From contig CAVPCR010000001.1 in assembly GCA_963702435.1 (NCBI GenBank), positions 608,001 through 672,000 of the forward strand: 64,000 bases of DNA. The letters run 5' to 3'. The notes beneath the pieces are model-generated. The model was not told the origin of the DNA. It saw only the letters and a program-made list of their open reading frames with translations, and searched no databases. The stretch is from Candidatus Eiseniibacteriota bacterium (GTDB lineage Bacteria > Eisenbacteria > RBG-16-71-46 > CAVPCR01). The position numbers and the translations under genes were made by a program. Of this stretch, positions 29,725-37,704 are shown piece by piece (positions within the stretch are counted from its first letter, which is position 1; every line of letters begins with the position of its first letter).

Positions 29725-30675
29725 ATGACGGCACCCATCGTCATCGGCATCGATCTCGGCGGCACCAAGACCGAGGTCGTCGCGCTCGAGCGCGATCGTC
29801 TCGGCGGCACCGAGCTTCCGGCGCCGCGCTTTCGCAGGCGGGTCGCCACCCCGGCAGGCGACTACGCGGGCACGGTCGCGCTCATCGGCGCGCTCACCCG
29901 CGAGGCAGCCGCCGCCTGTGCGGGGCAGCCGGTCGCCGGCGTCGGCCTCGGCACGCCGGGCGCCCGGTCGCGGGTGACGGGCCTCCTCAAGAACTCGAAC
30001 TCCACCGCGCTCAACGGCCGGCCACTCTTCGCGGACGTCGCGCGCGGAATCGGCCTGCCGCTCGTCATGGCCAACGACGCCAACTGCTTCGCGCTCGCCG
30101 AGGCGCGCTTCGGCGCCGGACGCGGCGCCCGCGTCGTCGCCGGCGTGATCCTCGGCACCGGGATGGGCGGCGGCATCGTGGTGGACGGGCGCGCGCTCGA
30201 GGGGCACGAGGGGATCGCCGGCGAATGGGGCCACGTGGCGCTCGATGCGGCCGGCCCGCCCTGCTATTGCGGGCGGCGCGGCTGCCTCGAGACGTACCTC
30301 TCGGGACCGGGCATGGCGCGCCGGTTCGCGGCCCGGCACGGCGAGGCGCTCGCCGCCCCGGAGATCTGGGCCGCCGCTGAGGCCCCGGCGCACCCGCTCC
30401 ACGCGGCCGCCAGAGCCGCCGCCGACGACTACCTCGAGTGGTTCGGGCGCGGGATCGCCGTGATCCTGAACGTGCTCGACCCGGATGTGGTCGTTCTCGG
30501 CGGCGGTCTCTCGCAGGTCGAGCGCCTCTACACGGACGGCCCCGCGCGCGTCGCGGCGCATCTCTTCTCGGATCGGATGGCGACCCCCATCCGGCCGCCG
30601 CTGCTCGGAGATGCAGCGGGCGTGTTTGGGGCGGCGCTCCTCGCCACCGCCCCGGAGGGAATCGCCCGCGTCTGA
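29725..30675 (+). CDS. ROK family sugar kinase (Mak/fructokinase-like)
   Basis: GIDLGGTK, NDANCFA, GTGMGGG, GEWGH and CYCGRRGCLE. Confidence 0.92.
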   Translation: MTAPIVIGIDLGGTKTEVVALERDRLGGTELPAPRFRRRVATPAGDYAGTVALIGALTREAAAACAGQPVAGVGLGTPGARSRVTGLLKNSNSTALNGRPLFADVARGIGLPLVMANDANCFALAEARFGAGRGARVVAGVILGTGMGGGIVVDGRALEGHEGIAGEWGHVALDAAGPPCYCGRRGCLETYLSGPGMARRFAARHGEALAAPEIWAAAEAPAHPLHAAARAAADDYLEWFGRGIAVILNVLDPDVVVLGGGLSQVERLYTDGPARVAAHLFSDRMATPIRPPLLGDAAGVFGAALLATAPEGIARV

Positions 30676-30686
30676 CCGCGCCGGCT

Positions 30687-32135
30687 TCAGCGCTTCCCGG
30701 CCGCGGTCCCCGACTTCGTCCCGTTCGACTTCGACCCGCTCGACTTCGCGCCGCTCGATCCGGTCCCGTTCGACTTCGCCGGGCTCGACTTCGCGGCGCC
30801 CGACTTGGTCCCGCCCGACTTCACCTCGCTCGATGTCGCCCCGTTCGACTTCGACCCGCTCGACTTCGCGCCGCTCGACTTCGCGGCCGGCGGCGAGCTC
30901 TTGTACTCAGGCGCCGATTTCTGCGCCGTCGCCGGCGACTCGGCGGACGGCATCGCTTCGCGTGATTTATTGACCCGGACCGCCGTTTCCTGCGATGCGG
31001 GCTCCGCGGATCGGGACGTCCTCGTCTTCCAGCGGACGGCGCCTCCCGCCTCCTTGCCCCGGCCGGAGGGGGACGCCGCGCTCCACCCGGGACCCGGCTT
31101 CGCGGCGGAGGTCCAGGCCGGCGAGTCGTGGAACTCCTTCCGGAGCTTGTAGCGGTCGTGCGAGGGCCAGGTCCGCTTCAGGTGCTTGTAGCGGCTCGGC
31201 ACGGCGGGATGGCGGACGTAAACGTAGCGCGGCTCGATCACGTGCACGTCGTGCACGACGACGTGATGCGGCGTGTACACCCAGCCCACGTTCATGCGTA
31301 CCGAGAACACCGAGCAGCGATCGGCATAGGGATCATAGCCGTGGTAGGACCCGTGGCAGTCGTTGCACGTGTAGCGGGGGTAGGCAACGGGCCGCCCGAC
31401 GTAGAACGAGAGGACCGCGGTGTCGTAGTCGCGCGCGGCGCACGGCGCGGGGAGCAGACGCCGGTTCACGCGGCGGATGGCGACGAAGGGATCGCCGGAG
31501 ACCTGGATCCCGGTCGCGCGCGGCGGCGCGAGCGGGCGCGCTTCGAGGCGCATCTCCCGGCCGCCGAACCCCTCGTCCCAGCCGTCGCTCTTCGGGCGCG
31601 GCGGCCCCTCCTCGCCCTCATCCCACTCCTCGCCTTCATCCCACTCCTCCTCGTCACGAGAGTCGCGACCATCGCCCGGCCCGAAGCGGCGCTCGTCCCA
31701 GTCCTCGGTCTCCCATTCCCCGTCCCATCCATCCTCCCAGCCGGCGAGGTGCGCGCGGCTCGCGATCGCCTCGATGGTCTCGATCCCCGGCGGTCCGGCG
31801 ATGACGTACTCGAAATCGCAGTCCGCACCGGGCAGCTCCACGACCTCGTGGGCCCGCACGAAGCCCGGATCCCCGGGCGGCGGGAAGAGCACCTGCACGC
31901 GACCCTCGGTGTCGATGTTGTAGAGGCAGACATAGGCGTCGTTGTTGACCGTGAAGGTCACCCACACGCTCTCGCCCGGGAAGTAGGTCGCCTCGGGGCC
32001 GCGGTCGACCCACAACCGCACGCGGAGCGGGGGCTCGGCGCGGGCCGGCCCGGCGGCGGCACCGGCGAAGAGAGCGGCCACGAGAAGCGCGAGGGCGCAG
32101 CGGAGCGCGGCGCCGGTTCGCATCGGAGTGCGCAT
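30687..32135 (-). CDS. Secreted DUF4384-like domain protein with a CxxCH motif and a Lys/Ser/Gly pentapeptide-repeat tail
   Basis: Signal peptide; 'YFPGESV...DAYVCLYNIDTEGRVQVLFP...GPPGIETIEAIAS' DUF4384-like pattern; acidic EEWDEG repeats; CNDCH; AKSSG/TKSNG repeats. Confidence 0.75.
   Translation of the reverse strand: MRTPMRTGAALRCALALLVAALFAGAAAGPARAEPPLRVRLWVDRGPEATYFPGESVWVTFTVNNDAYVCLYNIDTEGRVQVLFPPPGDPGFVRAHEVVELPGADCDFEYVIAGPPGIETIEAIASRAHLAGWEDGWDGEWETEDWDERRFGPGDGRDSRDEEEWDEGEEWDEGEEGPPRPKSDGWDEGFGGREMRLEARPLAPPRATGIQVSGDPFVAIRRVNRRLLPAPCAARDYDTAVLSFYVGRPVAYPRYTCNDCHGSYHGYDPYADRCSVFSVRMNVGWVYTPHHVVVHDVHVIEPRYVYVRHPAVPSRYKHLKRTWPSHDRYKLRKEFHDSPAWTSAAKPGPGWSAASPSGRGKEAGGAVRWKTRTSRSAEPASQETAVRVNKSREAMPSAESPATAQKSAPEYKSSPPAAKSSGAKSSGSKSNGATSSEVKSGGTKSGAAKSSPAKSNGTGSSGAKSSGSKSNGTKSGTAAGKR
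30705..30885 (-). repeat. 15-bp degenerate coding tandem repeat encoding xKSxG units
   Basis: CGACTTCG recurs with 15-nt periodicity; translation AKSSGAKSSGSKSNG...TKSG. Confidence 0.8.
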
Positions 32136-32140
32136 CGGGA

Positions 32141-32962
32141 TCACCTCCCTCCCCTGAGCTCGGGATTGGACAGGTCGATCTGGTAGGCCCAGTCGATCAC
32201 CGCGCGCTCGCCGTCGAGATCGGTGACGCGGAACTTGGCGTAGTGATCGTCGCGGGTCCACACGTAGTAGCTGTGCCCCTCGATCAGGGTCACGCGATCC
32301 TCGCCGGTCCAGCCGCCCGGCGGGGCCCAGTCGAGATCGTCGAGCTCGGCGTAGCCGGCGTCCTGGAGGTCGGTCGCGGGATCGGGGGCCACCATGGCGG
32401 GACGGCCGCTCTCGAATGTGAAGTACATGTCGGTGTCGACCGCGGTGAACGGCCGCCGGACGAAGTGGCTGAAGTCGTAGCCGGAGAGCTCCCAGGCGGT
32501 GCCGCCGGCACGGAAGAGAACGAGGTTCTCCCCGGCGGGCCGCGGCGTGTCGTGCACCAGCTCGAGCGAGAGCTCGCTCTCGTTCCCCGCCAGATCGAAG
32601 GCGGTGACCGCGTAGAAGTAGGTCGTGCCGTTCGCGACATCGCGATCGATGTAGCGAGGCGTCCGGGTCTCGGCCATGAATTCGTACGGCCCGGGCGCGG
32701 TCGCGCTCCAGTAGACGCGGTAACCGGCGAGATCGGCCTCCCGGTTGGGGGACCACAGGATCTCGACCTCGCCGTCGCCGGTCACGGACACGACCCCGCT
32801 CGGGATCGCGGGCGGCGTCGTGTCGCGCGGCGCCACGACGTGATCGCCGGAGTCATCGAGATCGCAGCTCGCGGTGGCGGCGGCGAGCAGGAGCGCGACG
32901 AAGGTCGCGAACCCGCGGCCGTTCGGGCGGGGGGATCGGAGCCCGGTCGAGTGGCGAAGCAT
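32141..32962 (-). CDS. Lipoprotein with a fibronectin type III domain
   Basis: Lipobox-like ATASC; FN3 pattern 'PPAIPSGV...LWSPN...GYRVY...YFYAVTAFD.AGNES'; AAGGAGGT RBS. Confidence 0.8.
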   Translation of the reverse strand: MLRHSTGLRSPRPNGRGFATFVALLLAAATASCDLDDSGDHVVAPRDTTPPAIPSGVVSVTGDGEVEILWSPNREADLAGYRVYWSATAPGPYEFMAETRTPRYIDRDVANGTTYFYAVTAFDLAGNESELSLELVHDTPRPAGENLVLFRAGGTAWELSGYDFSHFVRRPFTAVDTDMYFTFESGRPAMVAPDPATDLQDAGYAELDDLDWAPPGGWTGEDRVTLIEGHSYYVWTRDDHYAKFRVTDLDGERAVIDWAYQIDLSNPELRGGR

Positions 32963-33068
32963 CGAGGCTCACCTCCTTCAGGTGTGAGGAGCCACGGATG
33001 GCTCCTCCCCGGGCCGGCGTGAGACCGGACCCGGCGGGCCCCTTGCGGGCCCGCACCGGAGGCCTAGC

Positions 33069-33083
33069 GCATGCCGGATGCCA
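33069..33083 (-). promoter_or_regulatory. Sigma54 (-24/-12) promoter for the lipoprotein-DUF4384 operon
   Basis: Minus strand TGGCATCCGGCATGC = GG-N10-GC, about 105 nt upstream of the ATG at 32962. Confidence 0.6.
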
Positions 33084-33382
33084 GCCGGCGCGCGAGATCG
33101 AACTGGATGGGCAAGATGTTGCTGAAAAGTGAGATACGAGGAGGGAGGCAGAGCGGGACGAAGGCCCGGCCGCGGCGCGAACGGGGCGCCCGGATCACGG
33201 CCGCGTGGCGGCGCTGCCACAGAGGTCCGGACCGCTCGGGACCGGGCCGCGAACGAGAAACGGCCTCGGGTCGACAAACCCGAGGCCGCTCTGTCACGCC
33301 TCCCGGGCGGCGCTCATTTTACCGCCGATGGCGCCGTCGGAGGCGCGGCGCCCCGACCAGCCAGGGCCGGAAACCGCGGCGC

Positions 33383-33515
33383 AAAAATTCGGGCTCCCGG
33401 GGTACTCAGTTCCGAGAGCTCCGGACAGCCCAGGTTGTCGTATGAGGAAGAACCTGTCCGGAGAACTCGGAGCTCTGAATACCCTCAGGAGCCCTAGGAG
33501 GTCCCCACTCCGCAC
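33383..33515 (-). ncRNA. Putative sigma54-dependent small RNA (~130 nt): short 5' hairpin, 104-nt long hairpin and U-tract
   Basis: Starts ~12 nt after a -24/-12 promoter. Arms 33494-33454 and 33428-33391 pair for ~35 bp, with U-G wobbles only on the minus strand. Followed by AAUUUUU. No RBS-supported ORF. Confidence 0.6.
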
Positions 33516-33525
33516 ATATGCAAGA

Positions 33526-33540
33526 GCCAGGAACGTGCCA
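33526..33540 (-). promoter_or_regulatory. Sigma54 (-24/-12) promoter
   Basis: Minus strand TGGCACGTTCCTGGC: a perfect TGGCACG -24 box with exact GG-N10-GC spacing. An AT-rich stretch lies just upstream, and the EBP stop codon is ~185 bp away. Confidence 0.7.
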
Positions 33541-33725
33541 ATCAGGAGCCGAGCGCTCGGAAATCCGCAACCATTGAATTCATAGTGAGTTGGAAGCGGG
33601 GATCTGATCGCCGCAACAGCCTCTTCATGGCTCCCGTCGCCCGAAGTATAAAGTCCGTTGCTATGAGCGGCCGAGCGAGGCCTGCAAGATGCTGCGGGAA
33701 GAAGACTTGACGCTATAAAAAAAGA

Positions 33726-36700
33726 TCACAGCCCGCTGTTAACACTCTTGTGTCGGCGGACCGATCCGGGTGCCGGCTTGCGTCGATCGAGATCGTACTC
33801 GCGGATTTTCTTGAGCAGGGCGGGATAGGAGAGCTTGAGCGTGCGCGCGGTGCGCAGCTTGTTCCATCCGTTCTCGCGCAGCGCCTGTCCGATGAGCCGT
33901 GCCTCGAGGCGGCGGATCTCCTCCCGGAGCGTCGTCCCCGACTTGAGCGCGGCGAAGGGGCGCACGAACGACTCGGGCAAGAGGTCGAGGCCGAGCGGCG
34001 CATCGTCCACGGCCAGCACGACCATGCGTTCGACGATCTTCTCGAGCTCGCGCACGTTGCCCGGCCATTCGTAGGAGAGAAGGAGGCGCTCCACCTCGGG
34101 GTCGAGCCCGCGCGGGTGGCGCCCCATGCGTGACGCCGACCGCTCGATGAAGTGGCGGGCGAGCAGGAGCACATCCTCCGGCCGCTCGCGCAGCGGCGGC
34201 ACCACGACCGAGAACTCGTTCAGGCGGTAGTAGAGGTCCTCGAGGAAGTCCCCCTTCCGGATGAGCTCGTGCAGGTCGACATTGGCCGCGCTGGCCACCC
34301 GGCAGCGGATCTGGCGCCACTTGGTATCGCCGACCAGCCGCACCTCCTGGCGATCGAGCACGTGGAGGAGCTTGGCCTGCATGGCCGGCGACATCTTGTC
34401 GATCTCATCCAGGAAGATGGTGCCCGCCGCGGCCTCCTCGAACAGCCCCCGCTTCTCGCGCACCGCGCCGGTGAAGGCACCCTGCACGTGGCCGAACAGC
34501 TCGCTCTCGAGGAGCGGTTCCGGCAGCGCGGCGCAGTTGATCTGCAGGAAGGGATCGCCGGCGCGCGGGCTCATCTGGTGGAGCGCGGTGGCCAGGAGGC
34601 CCTTCCCGGTGCCGGTCTCGCCGAGGAAGAGGACCCGGGCCGGAGTGGCCGCCACCCGCTCGAGGAGCTTGAGGATGCGGAGCATCTCCGAGCTCTGGGT
34701 GATGACCGCGGCCAGGGCGCCCGACCTCTCCTGGGGCGCGCTCGCCGCGAGGATCCGGGTGCGCTCCGATTCGACGGCGGCGATGGCCACGACATGCGTG
34801 AGCATGGCGAGGAGGGCCACGTCGGCGGCGCGATAGGTGCCGGCGGGATTCCCCGGGGCGCGCTCGACGAACACGATGCCTTGCACCTGCTCGGGAATCT
34901 GGAACGGCACGATGGCGACCGAGAGCGCCGCGGAACCGTCCCGCCGCTCGATGCCCCGGAGACCCTTGAGCCGGGGATCCGCTCCCGGATCGGTGGCGAT
35001 GAGCGGGCGATTGTCGGCCACGAGCTCGGCGATGGTGGCGCGCCCGAGACCCGACAGCACGCGCCCGGCGTCGTTCTTGCGGAAGCCGGCGGCGCCGCGC
35101 ACGGTGATCGCCGCATCCGGCCCGCCCCAGGCGAAGAAGGCGCGGTCCGAGCCCGAGCGCTCCTCGACGAGACCGATCAGGTTCTCGAGCACGTGATCCA
35201 GGTCGGCCCGGCCCGAGTAGAGCTTGGTCACCTCCTGGAACGCCTCGCGCTCGGGCGCCTTCGGTCCGTACCCCGCCGCCATCGCGTTCTCGACCTCGAC
35301 GCGGAGCTCTGCGAGGGCGCGCCGGATCTCCGCCTCGCCATCCCCGAGCTGACGGAGCGCGGCACCGATGCGGACGAGGGCCTGATCGAGCCGACCCTGC
35401 TCGCGCTCGAGCTCGGCAAGACGGAGCGCGGCCATCCCGGCCTCCCCGTCGAGCTCGAGCCCGAGGGCGAGGGTCTCGGCGCGCTGGTAGGCCGCCTGCG
35501 CCTCGTCGCGCCAGGACGGTGCGAGGATCGCGCGCTGGGCGACCCAGACATCCCCGAGCGCGAGGAAGGTGCGGGCCTGCTCGCGCCGCTCGCCCATGTG
35601 CGCCAGGCGCTCGATCACCTTGCCGGCATGCTGGCGGAACCGATCGCCATCGCCGCCGAGCCCGGCGATGCGGGCGAGCAGGCGGTGGCACAGCGCCTCC
35701 TCGTAGAGGTCGCCGACCTTGCGGGCGATGTGCACGGCTTCCTCGGCGAGGACGAGCGCCTCCCCGAGACGTCCGGTCGAGGCGTAGACCTCGCCGAGCC
35801 GGCGGCCGAGCTCCCCCACGAGCTCGTTCTCGGCGCCGAGCCCGCGCGCGAGCGCAAGTCCCTGCGCGAGGTGCTCCTCGGCCCGCGCGTGATCCCCGCG
35901 ATCGAAGAAGAGCTCGCCGAGCGACTCGAGAGCGAGTCCCTCGGCGCGCACGAGACCGAGCGGGCGGGCGATGGCGATCGCCTCGGTGAGCCCCGCCTCG
36001 GCCTCCTCCCAGCGCCGGAGCCGCATGGCCAGGTTGGCGCGGGCGATCAGGGCGTTGGCGAGCCCGCGCCGGTTCCCGATGCGCGAGTTGGAGGCAATGG
36101 CGCGCTCGAGACGCTCCGCAGCGCGCTGCCACTGCCCGAGCTTCAGGTGCACGACGCCCAGGTTGATGCAGAGAGCGCCGATCTGGGCCTCGTCCGCCAG
36201 GATCTCGTTCAGGACGAGGCCCTTCTCCATGACGCGGATGGCCTCCATCCACTCGCAGGCCAGCTTGTGGATGAGGCCCAGGTTGTTGAGGGTGCCGGCG
36301 ATGCCGCGCTGATCCCCGATCCGGCGGAAGGTGGCGAGCGCGCTCTCGAAATAGGTGCGCGCCTCCTGCGGCCGGCCCATGCGCAGGTAGAGCTTGCCGA
36401 GGCGACGCTCGATGGCGCCGAAGGCATGATGGTCCGGCGAGCTCGTCAGGAGCTGCTGGGCGCGCAGGAGCAGCCGCTGGGCCTGCGAGAAGCGACCGAG
36501 GTCGGTGGCGATCGAACCGCGGATGGCGAGCACCTGCCCGAGCTCGACGTCGTCGGGCGCCGCACCTAGACGGCGCTCGGCCTCGGCCAGGAAGCACCGC
36601 GCCTCGTCGAACTCGCCGCGCAGCTGATGCGCCTCGCCCATGCGCCGGCAGAGGAAGATCGCCTCGGCGGGGCCGGCGATGACGCTCGCGCCGAGCCCCT

Positions 36701-36908
36701 GGCCGTTTCCGCCGGCGGCGGGAGCAGCTTCGGACGCCAGCAGGAGATCCCACGCGCGGGCGTAGTAAGCCAGGGCTTCCTTCCGGTTATCCGACTCGAA
36801 CTGCCCGTTGCCGAGCTGCATCAGCATGGCCAGCTCGGCCCGGACATCCGAGGCAACCGGAGGCCGCACCGGGGTGGGTCTCCCCTTCCTCACCTTGATC
36901 TCCGACAT
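33726..36908 (-). CDS. Sigma54-dependent enhancer-binding protein with TPR repeats, GAF-like, AAA+ and Fis-type HTH domains (no receiver domain)
   Basis: GETGTGKG Walker A, ESELFGHVQGAFTGA, FLDEID, WPGNVREL and a C-terminal HTH. The N-terminal ~540 aa consist of TPR/MalT-like helical repeats (NNLGLIH, INLGVVH). Confidence 0.93.
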   Translation of the reverse strand: MSEIKVRKGRPTPVRPPVASDVRAELAMLMQLGNGQFESDNRKEALAYYARAWDLLLASEAAPAAGGNGQGLGASVIAGPAEAIFLCRRMGEAHQLRGEFDEARCFLAEAERRLGAAPDDVELGQVLAIRGSIATDLGRFSQAQRLLLRAQQLLTSSPDHHAFGAIERRLGKLYLRMGRPQEARTYFESALATFRRIGDQRGIAGTLNNLGLIHKLACEWMEAIRVMEKGLVLNEILADEAQIGALCINLGVVHLKLGQWQRAAERLERAIASNSRIGNRRGLANALIARANLAMRLRRWEEAEAGLTEAIAIARPLGLVRAEGLALESLGELFFDRGDHARAEEHLAQGLALARGLGAENELVGELGRRLGEVYASTGRLGEALVLAEEAVHIARKVGDLYEEALCHRLLARIAGLGGDGDRFRQHAGKVIERLAHMGERREQARTFLALGDVWVAQRAILAPSWRDEAQAAYQRAETLALGLELDGEAGMAALRLAELEREQGRLDQALVRIGAALRQLGDGEAEIRRALAELRVEVENAMAAGYGPKAPEREAFQEVTKLYSGRADLDHVLENLIGLVEERSGSDRAFFAWGGPDAAITVRGAAGFRKNDAGRVLSGLGRATIAELVADNRPLIATDPGADPRLKGLRGIERRDGSAALSVAIVPFQIPEQVQGIVFVERAPGNPAGTYRAADVALLAMLTHVVAIAAVESERTRILAASAPQERSGALAAVITQSSEMLRILKLLERVAATPARVLFLGETGTGKGLLATALHQMSPRAGDPFLQINCAALPEPLLESELFGHVQGAFTGAVREKRGLFEEAAAGTIFLDEIDKMSPAMQAKLLHVLDRQEVRLVGDTKWRQIRCRVASAANVDLHELIRKGDFLEDLYYRLNEFSVVVPPLRERPEDVLLLARHFIERSASRMGRHPRGLDPEVERLLLSYEWPGNVRELEKIVERMVVLAVDDAPLGLDLLPESFVRPFAALKSGTTLREEIRRLEARLIGQALRENGWNKLRTARTLKLSYPALLKKIREYDLDRRKPAPGSVRRHKSVNSGL

Positions 36909-36956
36909 GAAGCCCCGCTCTCGAAAGCCCGCCTCGGTGGGCAGGCGGGGACGGGA

Positions 36957-37286
36957 TCAGTACGCGGCCAGGACTCCGTACCTCAGGATGGCGAGCACGA
37001 CCGGGATCCAGCCGCCTGCGCCCCGGAGCCCCGATCCCTCGCCGGGGAAATCCAGGCCGCCGGGGCCGCCACCTTCCTCGCCCCAGTCGCCGTCCGGCAT
37101 CTCGTCCGGATCTCCGCGCTGTCCGCCCGGAGGATGCGGGGGCGGTGGATGGAACGGCGGCAAGCCGGGCGGGGTGCGCTCGATGAGCTCATCAGGATCG
37201 CCGGCGACCGCGGGCTGAGGGGGCACGACGGATGCCAGAAGGAGGAGGCACGTCAGGAGTAACAGATACCTCGTGAAGCAGGTCAT
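36957..37286 (-). CDS. Small secreted pre-peptide (109 aa): signal peptide, two GDPDE motifs, Pro/Gly-rich spacers and a hydrophobic C-terminal tail
   Basis: AAGGAG RBS; signal YLLLLTCLLLLASVVPPQPAVA|GDPDELIER...RGDPDEM...GAGGWIPVVLAILRYGVLAAY. Ends 48 bp upstream of the EBP gene on the same strand. Confidence 0.7.
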   Translation of the reverse strand: MTCFTRYLLLLTCLLLLASVVPPQPAVAGDPDELIERTPPGLPPFHPPPPHPPGGQRGDPDEMPDGDWGEEGGGPGGLDFPGEGSGLRGAGGWIPVVLAILRYGVLAAY

Positions 37287-37424
37287 GGGGTAATTCGACT
37301 CCTTCAAACCCGCGGCAGCCGCGGGGTTCGCGCGACGGCACTAACCCGGAACAGCCTCGAGAGGATGCGGGGACCTCTCCGAGCGGTCACTCGCCGTCGA
37401 TGAGCGATCTACTCCCTCGAGCCC

Positions 37425-37452
37425 AGCATAGCGCAAGAACGGAAGCGGTCAA
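37425..37452 (-). promoter_or_regulatory. Sigma70-type promoter for the peptide-EBP operon
   Basis: Minus strand TTGACC-N16-TATGCT. Confidence 0.6.
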
Positions 37453-37704
37453 CGGGCTTCGCAACGGAATTTACAGTGGCGCCAGCAGGAGGCCCCGCCG
37501 CGGAGAGTCGTGGGGGCCAGCGGCGGGGAGGAGCATGCGGGTCGCCGGCGAGGCGGCGGGCGACCGGCCGCCACGGACAAGATGTGATACTCTCTCTCGT
37601 TGCGATCGTGGCGCGCATTGCTCGCGGCGCCCTCCCCGATCCGCTCGCCGCCCGGCGCGAGCCTTCGCAGCATCGACGCACTGCCGCTCCATGTCCGGCG
37701 CCCA

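Noticed and set aside
33383..33515. SRP (4.5S) RNA or 6S RNA identity for the hairpin
   Set aside because: No GNRA-capped helix-8 motif, and it is shorter than 6S with no large central bubble. An Rfam scan is still needed to be sure.
33294..33515. 73-aa ORF across the hairpin
   Set aside because: GTG at the predicted start site with no RBS, buried in a stable stem, and no protein-like features. Leaderless translation is not strictly excluded.
33560..33595. Formal IHF site between the enhancer candidate and the sigma54 promoter
   Set aside because: AT-rich and well placed, but with several mismatches to WATCAANNNNTTR, so it was not called.
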